Below, one piece after another: positions 9,267 to 19,855 of a stretch of 45,957 bases of DNA; position 1 is the first letter of the stretch; each line of letters starts with the position of its first letter. This stretch comes from a candidate division WOR-3 bacterium (GTDB taxonomy: Bacteria; Hydrothermota; Tepidihabitantia; SM23-42; JAOAFX01). Both the position numbers and the translations under genes were made by a program. The notes under the pieces are model-generated. The model saw nothing but the letters and a program-made list of their open reading frames with translations, was not told where the DNA came from and did not search any database. The stretch is from positions 1 to 45,957 of the forward strand of contig JBBILZ010000015.1 of NCBI GenBank assembly GCA_037444665.1. Direction: 5' to 3'.

Positions 9267-9294
9267 TTGACACCTTGATTCAAAATAATATAAT
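9267..9294 (+). promoter_or_regulatory. sigma70-type promoter, leaderless start
   Basis: TTGACA-N16-TATAAT; ATG 9301 lies 6 nt after the -10; no SD. Confidence 0.75.
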
Positions 9295-9300
9295 AATTCT

Positions 9301-11324
9301 ATGATAGGCAAGACTAATCGCCTGATTTTACTCTTTTTTATGTTTGTTTTATTTTTGCCATCATCTAATGGTGACGGTGTCTTGATAATCCATAAGGAAG
9401 CAGAGGAATTTTGCTATCCGGAAAAATGTGCAGAAATTACATTTGACAGGAATGCCACAAATAGTAGTTGTCTGGCAATTTTTACGACAAAACAAGAAAG
9501 GGGCAGTATAGTTACATCATTCAAAAGATTATCCGTAGGCATTTACCGCGTTGATTTTATTATTAAGGCACGCAATGATAAAGAAATAATTAATCCCATT
9601 TCAGTTATTAAAATTCTTTCGCGGGCAAAAAATCAAACCCATATCCTTGCACTTTATCCAATATATGCCTCTTATTTCAATACTGATTATGACTGGCAGG
9701 TTTTTGAAATCTTTTTCCGTCTTTCTGAACCTGAGGATAGTGTGCAGGCAATAATAGATTGGTTTGGCACTCTTGATTTGTTCATTGACTATGTAGAATT
9801 GTTGAAACTTTCTGATGATAAGAATATTGTTTATGCAATTAATCTCCATGACCTCAATCTGGACTCAAAAATTGAAAAATTTGATTATACAATGGCAGAC
9901 CGACGAATACTTCTGGCATCTATTCAGGCAGGTTTAAATAGAAAAAAACCGCGCCTTGTCCTACTTCACAACTATGATGATTATGAAGGCCAGGGCATAT
10001 ATCGCTGGCTAAAAAGGTTCAAAGTTTCTTATATCTTGATTACCTATGAGGATTGCTTGAAAAACCTTATATCAAAGGGAAATTTTAAGGGCTGTGTGCT
10101 CTTTAATCCTGGTAGTCCCGATTCTCTTGCCATCAAAGACCCGCCAGAATATCAAAAACTCCTATTCCAGGTGAAGGCAATTGCAACAAATCTGGCGGGA
10201 TTTGAATCCTTGATTTTAATTACCCCCCGCACAATTAATGATATACCTTTATCAAAATATCCAATAAAATATGACCTGACAGATGCTATGATCTAAGGGA
10301 TGGTTCTGATACCTCATTTTTTCATCTGAAGATTTTTGACAAAACCCATTATATTATGGGTTGGGCTGACGAAGGATGGGTTGATAATAAATATTATTGT
10401 AAGGAATATGAACAAATTAAATTGGCAAGTAAAGCCGGGAAGTTATGGATTGGTGATATGAATAGAATCCACAATCTATCATTCTTTTCAAAACTCCCTG
10501 CCGGAGGGATCAAATATAAGCAGCATAAAAAAGACCTAAATTTAAATCTTGAGCCAAAGGTCTATATTGCTTTTATTTCAATGGATGGCGATAATCCAGT
10601 TTTAACCCTTCAGCACTACTCCAAGGACTGGGACTCTCCATTGCGGGGCAAAATCCCGTTTACCTGGGGTATCCCACCCAAATTAATAGACCTTGCACCC
10701 GTAATCTTGGAATACTATTACAAAACAAGATCCACTAATGATTATTTTATTGCTGATGTGAGCGGACTTGGCTGGCATTTAACAAACCACTTTGATTTCA
10801 AAGACTTTTCCAATATGCCTAATATAACAGCATCTTATTTAAGAAAACTTGACATCAAGATTATTAAGCTTATGGGAGACAGGAACGATGACACAACAAA
10901 TCTCTATTATATGAAAAGAATTATAGATGCCTATCCTGAGATGCTTGGATTTTTAGATGGCTATTGGCCGCCTGAAGAACAGGGTTATATAATGGTAAAA
11001 GATAGTTATCCCTCAGTAAGGCTTGCAATAAACAGGCCTCTAAGACATTTAGGTGACACCACCGATATATCAGCACTCGCCGATGCGATTACCAATACAA
11101 TAAATGAGAATAAAAATAGGCCGCTGTTTTTGCCGGTCATCTACAATATTTATAATCCACATTATACAGTCAATACATCCATCTTTGAGAAATTAAAAAT
11201 GATACAGAAAATACTTAACAGTAGACATACTGATGTTGAATATGTGACTCTTGATGTAATGATGGAACTGATAAGAGGATATAATAAAAGACTAATTGAA
11301 CAAGGAAATAATCCCAAAAATTAA
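9301..11324 (+). pseudogene. Secreted GxGYxYP-family putative glycoside hydrolase, split into 9301-10296 and 10356-11324
   Basis: Signal peptide and LASIQAGLNRKKPRL in part 1; MGW, HNLSFFS, IAFISMDGDN, RGKIPFTW, LEYYY and SGLGW in part 2; different frames, with the part-2 frame open from 10275. Confidence 0.6.
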
Positions 11325-11437
11325 TAATCTGGCATAGGCTATAGATTATAAAATATTAGGTTTCTTTTGAATTTTGGCAATAGCGTTAGGCTTTTTGCAG
11401 AATGAACCATGCCAATACACTTTGGCGGACAGATTTT

Positions 11438-12463
11438 TTACACCCTCTGGGGTTCAATGATGACCTTGAGTGATTTATCTGCCTTTTCCACAAGTTCAAA
11501 TCCTTTTTGAATCTCAGTTAGACCAAATCTATGTGTAATCATATCAAGGACATCTATTTTTTTGTTTTTTAATAGTTCAATCGCCTCAATTATATCCTGG
11601 GCAACTGCGGCATAGGAAAAAACAATCCTCACGCCCTTGAAATACAGGTCAAAAAGGGGTAAAGGAATACGCACATCAGGTGCAGTAGGCGCAAATAGAA
11701 GCAGGGTTCCAGCACGGTCAACAGAAGAAAATGCCTGTTCAAATGCACTGAGTGCAGTAGTATTAACAATTACCAGGTCAGCCAATCTGTTAGCGTTCAT
11801 TTTTTTTAATAGTCCAGGCACATCATCATTTGCATTAATCACCTCTGCCCCACACCTGTGTGCAAAGTTTAACCGATATTCATTAATGTCTGTGGCGAAA
11901 ATTTTTTTTACGCCCATTGCCTTTGCCAGTTTGATATGTAGTATACCAGCAATCCCAGAACCAATGACAAGCACACTCTCACACTGATCTATGTCAGCAA
12001 AGCGCTGGCCCCTGATAACACAACCCAGAGGTTCAATAAATGTCCCTTCTTCATAACTTATTTCATCAGGAAGCAAAAAGGTCCCAAATTTCACATTGAT
12101 TTCAGGAACACGCACACACTGGGAAAAGCCTCCCGGGTCAAAATTGGTCTTTTTCAATGTCTCACATACTGTATGAAAACCTTTCTTACAATACCTGCAT
12201 TCATTACAGGGCACATGGTGTGATACAAATACCCTATCACCAATTTTAAAATTTTTTATATTCTTTCCTTTTTTTATTATTTCTCCGGCAATCTCATGCC
12301 CTAATACCCTTGGTGCACTCTTTACCCTGTACCATTCCATTACATCACTGCCACATATTCCACAGGCAATGACCTTTACCAGTAGTTCGTTATCACCAAT
12401 TTCAGGTATTGGTCTTTCTTCTATTCTTATATCGTGGTTATTGTAATAGACTGCAACACGCAA
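11438..12463 (-). CDS. Zinc-dependent (sugar-alcohol/threonine-type) MDR dehydrogenase
   Basis: CGICGSD, GHE, C-x2-C-x2-C-x7-C, VIGSGIAG; TTG start after GAGG. Confidence 0.92.
   Translation of the reverse strand: MRVAVYYNNHDIRIEERPIPEIGDNELLVKVIACGICGSDVMEWYRVKSAPRVLGHEIAGEIIKKGKNIKNFKIGDRVFVSHHVPCNECRYCKKGFHTVCETLKKTNFDPGGFSQCVRVPEINVKFGTFLLPDEISYEEGTFIEPLGCVIRGQRFADIDQCESVLVIGSGIAGILHIKLAKAMGVKKIFATDINEYRLNFAHRCGAEVINANDDVPGLLKKMNANRLADLVIVNTTALSAFEQAFSSVDRAGTLLLFAPTAPDVRIPLPLFDLYFKGVRIVFSYAAVAQDIIEAIELLKNKKIDVLDMITHRFGLTEIQKGFELVEKADKSLKVIIEPQRV
11495..11555. repeat. Direct repeat copy 2, inside the 3' end of the dehydrogenase gene
   Basis: Matches 7429-7489. Confidence 0.9.
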
Positions 12464-12518
12464 AAAACCTCACTTATAAAATAATAATCGGTTAATTATT
12501 ATCAGCACCAGCACTATA

Positions 12519-13301
12519 TCATTTTCTTTTACTATTGAATATCTCGTATGCTTCTTCCACACTCGCATTTTTGTGCACAATTGCCCTGACCGCCTGTATC
12601 ATCGCAACCGGGTCTTCAGATTGGAATATATTCCTGCCCATATCCACACCCACTGCGCCATGGTTTATGGCATTATACGCAAGTTGTAATGCCTCTTTTT
12701 CTGGCAATTTTTTCCCACCTGCAATCACAATTGGCACCGGACAGGTCTCAACGACCTTTTCAAATTCTTCACAATAATAGGTCTTTACAAAATGGGCACC
12801 GAGTTCAGCCGCAATCCTGCAGCAAAGGCTCAAATACTTTGCATCCCGGGTCATTTCTCTGCCCACGGCAGTAACAGCGAGCACTGCAATACCATATTCT
12901 TCTGCCTGATTTACAAGTTCTGATAATGCAAGTAAGGTCTCTTTTTCATGGTCAGAACCTACAAAGATTGATAATGCTACTGCACAGGCATTCAAACGCA
13001 CAGCAGATTTGATTGAAGTAGTAATACCTTCATTGGACAAATCCTTTGCCAGTATACTCGTTCCGCCAGATACACGAAGAACTATGGGAATATCAAAATC
13101 TGCTGGCACCGAGGTCTGTAATACGCCGCGTGTGAGCATTAAGGAATCAGCAAATCGCAACAGTGGTCTGATAGTTTTTGCGGGCACTTCAAGTCCCGAT
13201 GTAGGACCTAAAAAATAGCCGTGGTCAACTGCAAGCATCACGGTCCTGCCGGTTGCAGGTATAATTATGCGTGATAATCTATTTTTTAAACCCCAATCCA
13301 T
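12519..13301 (-). CDS. lsrF: LsrF-family class I aldolase/thiolase
   Basis: MDWGLKNRLSRI, MLAVDHGYFLGPT, AELGAHFVKTYY, IAGGKK, GVDMGRNIFQS. Confidence 0.88.
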   Translation of the reverse strand: MDWGLKNRLSRIIIPATGRTVMLAVDHGYFLGPTSGLEVPAKTIRPLLRFADSLMLTRGVLQTSVPADFDIPIVLRVSGGTSILAKDLSNEGITTSIKSAVRLNACAVALSIFVGSDHEKETLLALSELVNQAEEYGIAVLAVTAVGREMTRDAKYLSLCCRIAAELGAHFVKTYYCEEFEKVVETCPVPIVIAGGKKLPEKEALQLAYNAINHGAVGVDMGRNIFQSEDPVAMIQAVRAIVHKNASVEEAYEIFNSKRK

Positions 13302-13328
13302 AAATACCCCTTTCTAATTTTTTAAAAA

Positions 13329-14354
13329 TCAAATCTTCTTTAGAAATTCAATGACAAGGCGCGCAGCCCGTTCAATATCTTTCAAGCAAACGACTTCCAC
13401 CGGTGTATGCATATAGCGCAAAGGAATACCGAGAACACAGGTTGGAATCCCTTCTTTATTGAATGCGATCGCATCTGCATCAGTGCCAGTTTGACCAGGT
13501 AATGGCTCAATCTGGTATGGTATCTCCTGCGCCTTTGCTATTTCCACAAGGAGTCGATATAACTTCTGAGGAATTGTTGCACCACGGCCAATGGCTGGTC
13601 CTTTGTTCAATCCAAAATATTCGCCTTCAGCAAGTCCTGGATACTCTCCATGTGTTACATCAATCACAATCCCATAATCAAGTTTTAAACGGAAAGAATG
13701 GATACGCGCACCCAGTCCAGTAAACTCTTCCTGGCTCGTCGCAACAAAATGGAGCGTCACAGGAGAACCTACCTTTGCCAGTTCACGCATTACGAGAATG
13801 GCACAGGCAACACTTGCACGATTATCAAGGGACTTGGCACTTCTCATATTACCCTGAAGTCTATTGTAGTATCCGGCAAAACATATGATATCACCAATCT
13901 TTACAAGTTTTTTGAGCACCTGTGGTTTTAATCCTGTATCAATATATAGTTTATCAATCGTTAATACCTTTTGTTGTTCTTCCCTGGTCATTAAGTGTGG
14001 TGGTTTTGCCGCGATATAACCTTTAACTGGCTTATTGCCAAGAATTATTACCTCCTGCCCGGGCAATACCCTTTCATCACATCCGCCAATCGGTCTGAAT
14101 CGTAGAAAACCATTATTTTCAACATAACTAACTAAAAACCCAATCTCATCAAGATGGCAGGCAAGCATCACTTGAACTCTGCTCATTCCAGTAATAACAC
14201 CGTAGACACTACCATCGTCATATACCTTTACACTATCAGTGAAAGGCTTTATCTCGTTCACCACAATCTCCGCAACATCGCCTGAATAGCCCAACCCGTT
14301 TGCCTCACAGAGTTTTTTTAATATTTTATCAAGATACTCAATGTTATTATTCAT
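13329..14354 (-). CDS. M42 family metallopeptidase
   Basis: ACHLDEIG, KSLDNR, QEEFTG, IDVTH, GTDA, IPLRYMHTPVE. Confidence 0.92.
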   Translation of the reverse strand: MNNNIEYLDKILKKLCEANGLGYSGDVAEIVVNEIKPFTDSVKVYDDGSVYGVITGMSRVQVMLACHLDEIGFLVSYVENNGFLRFRPIGGCDERVLPGQEVIILGNKPVKGYIAAKPPHLMTREEQQKVLTIDKLYIDTGLKPQVLKKLVKIGDIICFAGYYNRLQGNMRSAKSLDNRASVACAILVMRELAKVGSPVTLHFVATSQEEFTGLGARIHSFRLKLDYGIVIDVTHGEYPGLAEGEYFGLNKGPAIGRGATIPQKLYRLLVEIAKAQEIPYQIEPLPGQTGTDADAIAFNKEGIPTCVLGIPLRYMHTPVEVVCLKDIERAARLVIEFLKKI

Positions 14355-14980
14355 AATTGATGCTCGGTTTTATTTACCTGTTGTTCTGAACCATTTACAT
14401 TTTCCGGAGGTTTTGCTACCCGACAGAATACGAGATTTCCTGTATCAGATTGTATCATTGATATCACCTCCAAATCAACATTATGATTCAAATACTTTGC
14501 ACCATTCTCCACAATGACTTTTACACCTTCCAGATAGCCAACGCCTTCGTTCGCATTCAAGCCCTTTTTTATTATCCGCACCGATATCACACGCCCGGGA
14601 AAGAAGATGGGCGTAAGAAGACGATACAGTTCTTTAATATTGATAATCCGCAAATCAGGAAATGATTTGATATAGTAATCGTATCCATCTGATGCGGTTA
14701 TTACCTTCGCCTTTCTTCTTTCTGCTGTCTTCAAAACGCACACTTCTTCAACTACACCATCAACATTTTTATCAACAAATTCAATGGGTGCAACCTTTTT
14801 TAAATTATTAATCATTTTATCTGTATCCGCACCAATTTTCCGTCGCACAATAATCTTTACGAGGTAAGGGATAATCACCTTACCCTCAAAAAATTTTTTC
14901 TCAAATAGGTTGACCACACGACCATCAATGATACATGATGAATCAAGAACAAATCGTTCTTCTTTCTTAAAAAACAACAT
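14351..14980 (-). CDS. PIN/TRAM domain protein (YacL-like, no N-terminal membrane region)
   Basis: LDSSCIIDGR, GVGYLEG..VIVENG; downstream of radA. Confidence 0.75.
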   Translation of the reverse strand: MLFFKKEERFVLDSSCIIDGRVVNLFEKKFFEGKVIIPYLVKIIVRRKIGADTDKMINNLKKVAPIEFVDKNVDGVVEEVCVLKTAERRKAKVITASDGYDYYIKSFPDLRIINIKELYRLLTPIFFPGRVISVRIIKKGLNANEGVGYLEGVKVIVENGAKYLNHNVDLEVISMIQSDTGNLVFCRVAKPPENVNGSEQQVNKTEHQL

Positions 14981-14994
14981 TTAACCCCCTTGTA

Positions 14995-16323
14995 TCAAGT
15001 ATGAAATACCGCAGATACAGCTTCGTTCACTTCGCTGACCTGAATGGTCTTGATACCACATTTTTCTGGCAATCTATTCTTGGCAGGAACGATTGCCTTC
15101 TGAAATCCTAACTTCTCTGCTTCTTTTAATCTTATATCAACCCCATAAACTGGTCTGACCTCACCACAGAGCCCAACTTCACCTATGACCAGCAAACCTT
15201 TTTCCAGCGCCTTGTTCTTTATAGAAGATGCTATCGCCAACAGTATCCCGAGGTCGCTTGATGTTTCAGAAAGTTTTATACCACCCGCCACATTAACAAA
15301 ACAATCAAGTCCATAAACATTAATTCCCACCCTTCTCTCCAGTACTGCCAGAAGCATGGCAAGTCTTTTGTAATCAATACCTGTTGTAACACGCTGGGGA
15401 TAATTAAAAAAGGTTGGGCTGGTCAATGCCTGAACCTCAACAAGAAATGGACGCGAACCTTCAATGACCGATACAATCACTGCACCTGGTGCAACTACAT
15501 CTGATATAAATATACTGGAAGGATTCATCACTTCTTTCAAACCACCACCGGTCATTTCAAATACACCGAGTTCATTTGTGGCGCCAAATCTATTTTTAAT
15601 TGCTCTTAAAATCCGATACTGTCCTTCCCTGTCTCCTTCAAAATATAATACAGTATCAACAATATGCTCAAGGGTTTTTGGTCCGGCAATAACCCCAAAT
15701 TTTGTTACATGACCAATAATTACTGTGGTTACATTATGGCTCTTGGCAAATCGCATTATATCACTACCACATTCGCGCACCTGGGCAACGCTACCTGGCG
15801 CTGAGGAGAGCGCAGATTTATAAACAGTCTGGATAGAATCAATAACCATTAAATCGGGCTTAACTTCCTCTGCAACATTCAATATTGTATCAAGTTCAGT
15901 TTCAGCAAGGATGTTAATCTTATCCACTTTTGCGCTGAGCCTTTCTGCCCTCAATCTTATCTGGGATGATGATTCCTCACCACTTACATAAAGAACCTTA
16001 TTGCCATTAATACTTACAAAGTCAGAAATCTGTAGCATCAATGTTGATTTACCAATACCCGGGTCACCGCCGAGTAGAATTAGCGACCCCGGCACAAGTC
16101 CACCACCCAGGACCCTATCCATTTCAGCAATCCCCACGGACTGACGTTGATAATTTTCAAAAGGAACTTCAGAAAGGATGACCGGTTTTACATTTTTGAT
16201 TGTGGAATCTGCCTTCTCAATAACCTCTTCCACCATTGAATTATAAGCACCACAGTTCGGGCATCTGCCCAGCCATTTGGGTGAATAGGCACCACAATTC
16301 TGGCAAACAAATCTATTCTTCAT
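14995..16323 (-). CDS. radA: DNA repair protein RadA/Sms
   Basis: C4 zinc finger, GDPGIGKST, KNRFG, Lon-like C-terminus. Confidence 0.97.
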   Translation of the reverse strand: MKNRFVCQNCGAYSPKWLGRCPNCGAYNSMVEEVIEKADSTIKNVKPVILSEVPFENYQRQSVGIAEMDRVLGGGLVPGSLILLGGDPGIGKSTLMLQISDFVSINGNKVLYVSGEESSSQIRLRAERLSAKVDKINILAETELDTILNVAEEVKPDLMVIDSIQTVYKSALSSAPGSVAQVRECGSDIMRFAKSHNVTTVIIGHVTKFGVIAGPKTLEHIVDTVLYFEGDREGQYRILRAIKNRFGATNELGVFEMTGGGLKEVMNPSSIFISDVVAPGAVIVSVIEGSRPFLVEVQALTSPTFFNYPQRVTTGIDYKRLAMLLAVLERRVGINVYGLDCFVNVAGGIKLSETSSDLGILLAIASSIKNKALEKGLLVIGEVGLCGEVRPVYGVDIRLKEAEKLGFQKAIVPAKNRLPEKCGIKTIQVSEVNEAVSAVFHT

Positions 16324-17063
16324 CAGAAAACTTTTATCTCAAGGTATTTTTTAGGATTTGCCTTAATATCCTCAATGAGCGCTTTTAATGCCTGATTCGT
16401 TGCCCTGACCTCTTCATACAATTCATCAGATTCAACAAGCCTTGAAACCGTTCCTGGTTTTTTGATAATACTGTTCAATGAATCAGTGAGAACTCCAATC
16501 TTTAATATGAGCAAGCCAAGCTGGTCCCTGGGCTCTCTTATCATCGCCACGAGTTCTTTGAGATTTGATTCTAATGAGCGAGAAAATTTATCGCCAAGAT
16601 TATTTAGATCCGGCAACTTGAATCCTTCAAAAATGCTGCTCAAACTATCAAGTTTTGCTACTACCACATCAAGGTCAAATGACGTATTATAGCCATAATA
16701 AAATTCAGGAATAACACCGCTCTTGCCGGGTAAAATTTTAATATAACGGTCAGAACCAAGATAATTTACCAGTCTAATGGAGATCTTTGAATCATCAGAT
16801 AGTTGCATACCACGGTCTATCGCAAGCACAACGAGCACTTTATCGCCTTCAAGGTGTAATGATTTTACTTTTCCTTTTTCAAGACCATATATAATTACCG
16901 GGTCACCTGTTCGCAATCCAGTGACATCATCAAAATAGACTTTTATTTCCCTGGTGGGATGGAGAGAAATCTTACCCGAGAGGATAATGTAAAAAACAAT
17001 AAAAAGAATGACACCACCAAGGATATATATACCAACCAGTGTTTTTTTAATTTGACTATCCAT
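16323..17063 (-). CDS. mlaD: MlaD/MCE family protein
   Basis: N-terminal TM, FDDVTGLRTGDPV, C-terminal DIKANPKKY; ATG 17063 overlaps the ATPase stop. Confidence 0.85.
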   Translation of the reverse strand: MDSQIKKTLVGIYILGGVILFIVFYIILSGKISLHPTREIKVYFDDVTGLRTGDPVIIYGLEKGKVKSLHLEGDKVLVVLAIDRGMQLSDDSKISIRLVNYLGSDRYIKILPGKSGVIPEFYYGYNTSFDLDVVVAKLDSLSSIFEGFKLPDLNNLGDKFSRSLESNLKELVAMIREPRDQLGLLILKIGVLTDSLNSIIKKPGTVSRLVESDELYEEVRATNQALKALIEDIKANPKKYLEIKVF

Positions 17064-17742
17064 ATATTCCTTTCTCAATCCTTTCCAATTTTTTAATCTT
17101 ACCATCCTTTAACATATATATTACATCTCCCACTGCCTCAGCTGTTTCCAGGTCATGGGTTACTACAATTCCGCTCTTCTGATAATCTTTTTTAAGACTG
17201 ATTATCAAATTGACAATCCTCTCCCGCATTACCGGGTCAAGGCCTGTGGTTGGCTCATCATAAAAAAGGTATTTAGGGCTCAATGTCAGGGCGCGGGCAA
17301 TTGAAACAAGCCTCTTCATTCCGCCAGATAGTGCCCTTGGATAGAGTCTTTCTTTTCCCGGCAAGCCAACGATTTCCAGTAAATTTTTTATCTGCTCTTT
17401 TATCCCTCTGTTTGACATTGTAGTATGCTCAATAAGGGGTAAGGCAATATTCTCGTAGACATTCATAGAATCAAAAAGGGCACTACTCTGAAAAATGAAG
17501 CCCACATCCTTTCTAATCTGGTAAACTTCCTGTTCATCTGCAGTCAGAATATTCTTTCCATCAAAATAGACCTCACCATTATCTGCCGGTATCAGACGGA
17601 GTATAGATTTCAATAAAATGGTCTTGCCAGTTCCTGAAGGTCCAAGCACAACCACAAGTTTTGCCTCCACAACTTGAAAACTTACATTATCAAGGACATA
17701 GTGTCCATCAAACTGTTTTGTCAAATTTTTTATCTCAATCAT
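17056..17742 (-). CDS. mlaF: MlaF-like ABC transporter ATPase
   Basis: GPSGTGKT, FQSSALFDSM, LSGGM, YDEPTTGLDP, VTHD. Confidence 0.92.
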   Translation of the reverse strand: MIEIKNLTKQFDGHYVLDNVSFQVVEAKLVVVLGPSGTGKTILLKSILRLIPADNGEVYFDGKNILTADEQEVYQIRKDVGFIFQSSALFDSMNVYENIALPLIEHTTMSNRGIKEQIKNLLEIVGLPGKERLYPRALSGGMKRLVSIARALTLSPKYLFYDEPTTGLDPVMRERIVNLIISLKKDYQKSGIVVTHDLETAEAVGDVIYMLKDGKIKKLERIEKGIYG

Positions 17743-18479
17743 CAGCCAAAAACCACCAGGGCAACGATAAAATCTAAGATCAGAATGAGCATACAGGCGG
17801 TAACCACTGCGTAGGTCGTTGCAATACCTACTTCTCTTGCACCACCCTTTACCTTAAATCCAAAGTAGCAGCCTGAAATTGATATCGCAAAGGAGAACAG
17901 GAATGCCTTGAGCAACCCACCAAAAAGGTCGCGCGTGAAGAAGTTACGCACCAGTCCATAATTATACACATCCAATGGCACATTTAAAAACGCATGTGCA
18001 TATAGACCACCCGCATAGATTGAAACAAATTCAGAAAAGATCGTAAGAATAGGTAAGGAAATCATCGTCCCAAAGATTCTGGGAAAATTCAGAAAATGGT
18101 ATGGATTTATTGCCATAGATTCAAGGGCATCAATCTGTTCGGTCACACGCATCGTTCCTATTTCAGCAGCCATTGCTGAAGCACACCTGCCACTGACAAT
18201 CAAACCGGTGAGAATCGGTCCAAGTTCAATCAAGACCATCCTGCCCACAGTAGCGCCAAGAAAGTATCTTGGAAGCAAACCAAGGAGCTGGTAAGAAAGC
18301 TGAACCGTTGTCACGAGTCCAAGAAAAGACGAAATTATTACAATAATAGGTAAAGAACCAATACCCACACTATCAATCTGTTCCAGTATGCGGTCGCGGT
18401 GCTTACGCATATTCCAGCGGAAAAAGAAACTGCGCACAAAGAACTCTGTATATTCGGCAATATTGCTAAAAAGGTTCAA
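17742..18479 (-). CDS. mlaE: MlaE-like ABC transporter permease
   Basis: ELGPILTG, AAEIGTMRVTEQIDAL, GAREVGIATT; likely start TTG 18479 after GGAGG rather than 18650. Confidence 0.92.
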   Translation of the reverse strand: MNLFSNIAEYTEFFVRSFFFRWNMRKHRDRILEQIDSVGIGSLPIIVIISSFLGLVTTVQLSYQLLGLLPRYFLGATVGRMVLIELGPILTGLIVSGRCASAMAAEIGTMRVTEQIDALESMAINPYHFLNFPRIFGTMISLPILTIFSEFVSIYAGGLYAHAFLNVPLDVYNYGLVRNFFTRDLFGGLLKAFLFSFAISISGCYFGFKVKGGAREVGIATTYAVVTACMLILILDFIVALVVFG

Positions 18480-19845
18480 TCTCTTCAACCTCCTGTTCAG
18501 TCTCAAATCCGCCCGGCAGAAGATTTGTGAATCTTGTGAAATCTTCCTGAAAACCGAGTTCAATCTTTCCAGTAGGCCCATTACGCTGTTTGGCAATATC
18601 AATCTCTGCCTTGCCTTTGACATCAGGATTGTCACGGTCATAGAACTCATGACGATAAATAAATATCACGACATCTGCATCCTGTTCAATGGCGCCACTT
18701 TCTCTCAAATCCGCAAGCCTGGGCCTATGGTCTTTCTCGCGGTGCTCAGGCATCCTTGATAATTGGGAAACCACAACCAGGGGCAGATTTAATTCTTTGG
18801 CAAGCGCCTTTAGAGAACGAGAAATTTCTGAAATCTCCTGCTGACGCGAAACCACCTGTTTGGTGCTGGCAGTACCGGCAATTAGTTGCATATAATCAAT
18901 TATCATTAGTTGAATATCATGTTCAACTTTGAGGCGACGGGCTTTGGTTTTCAATTCCAGCATTGTCATTGCCGCACTGTCATCTATAAATATTGGTGCA
19001 CGGTGTAAATTGCCCGCAGCAGTTGCTAAATTCACCCAGTCCTGTTGAGACAGAATATTACGCCGCAAATTCCTTAAGTTCACACCTGCTTCACTACACA
19101 GCATTCTCTGGACCAGGGCTTCAGCCGACATTTCCAGAGAAAAGATTGCCACTGGAATATTATTTTTTATTGACGCAAATGCAGCAATATTAAGGGCAAA
19201 AGCAGTCTTACCCATACTCGGTCTGCCCGCAATAACGATAAAATCTCCTTTTTGAAAACCAGAGGTCTTTTCATCAAGACCAAAATAACCCGTTTCCACA
19301 CCCGTTATCAGACGTGCCCCGCGCATTTTCTCAGCGTTTTCAAGGATCCTGGTAACGTATTCGCGAATATGGACCGGCTCCTTTCTCAATCCCCTCTCTT
19401 TGATTTGAAAAACCATATTCTGGGCAATATCTACCATTTCTGCAGCACTCTGGGCATCTTCAAATGCGTTCTTAAGTATCTCCATTGAAGAACGAATTAA
19501 ACTCCGCTTTATTGCCTTGTCCAGGACCACCCGCGCATGATGTTCAACATTGGCAGTGGTGATTACGCTCGCAATGATATTGGATATATAATCAGCACCA
19601 CCAACTTCATCAAGCAATTTATTCTTTCTCAACCAATCGGTCACGGTCACCAGGTCCGGTGTGACATTATGGTTGTATAGGTCCGCAATCGCACGAAATA
19701 TCTTTTGATTGGCAGGCGAATAAAAATGCTCTTCTTTTAATAATTCAAGGCACTTGATTACTGCTGATTCATCAAGGAGTGCTGAACCGATAACCGATTC
19801 TTCTGCCTCAAGAGAATGGGGTGGTATGTGTTTATCTTCAAGCAT
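18466..19845 (-). CDS. dnaB: Replicative DNA helicase
   Basis: PPHSLEAE, GRPSMGKT, IDYMQL, SQLSR, DLRESGAIEQDAD, KQRNGPTG; no intein. Confidence 0.98.
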   Translation of the reverse strand: MLEDKHIPPHSLEAEESVIGSALLDESAVIKCLELLKEEHFYSPANQKIFRAIADLYNHNVTPDLVTVTDWLRKNKLLDEVGGADYISNIIASVITTANVEHHARVVLDKAIKRSLIRSSMEILKNAFEDAQSAAEMVDIAQNMVFQIKERGLRKEPVHIREYVTRILENAEKMRGARLITGVETGYFGLDEKTSGFQKGDFIVIAGRPSMGKTAFALNIAAFASIKNNIPVAIFSLEMSAEALVQRMLCSEAGVNLRNLRRNILSQQDWVNLATAAGNLHRAPIFIDDSAAMTMLELKTKARRLKVEHDIQLMIIDYMQLIAGTASTKQVVSRQQEISEISRSLKALAKELNLPLVVVSQLSRMPEHREKDHRPRLADLRESGAIEQDADVVIFIYRHEFYDRDNPDVKGKAEIDIAKQRNGPTGKIELGFQEDFTRFTNLLPGGFETEQEVEEIEPF

Positions 19846-19855
19846 TTTTTAGATC

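Noticed and set aside
9088..9270. 60-aa ORF across the IS right end
   Set aside because: Alternative frame over the transposase tail and IR; no motif.
10270..10300. Programmed frameshift joining the two GxGYxYP parts
   Set aside because: No slippery heptamer or homopolymer in the frame-overlap zone; deletion or assembly error is more likely.
18466..19845. Intein in DnaB
   Set aside because: Normal length (459 aa) and contiguous motifs.
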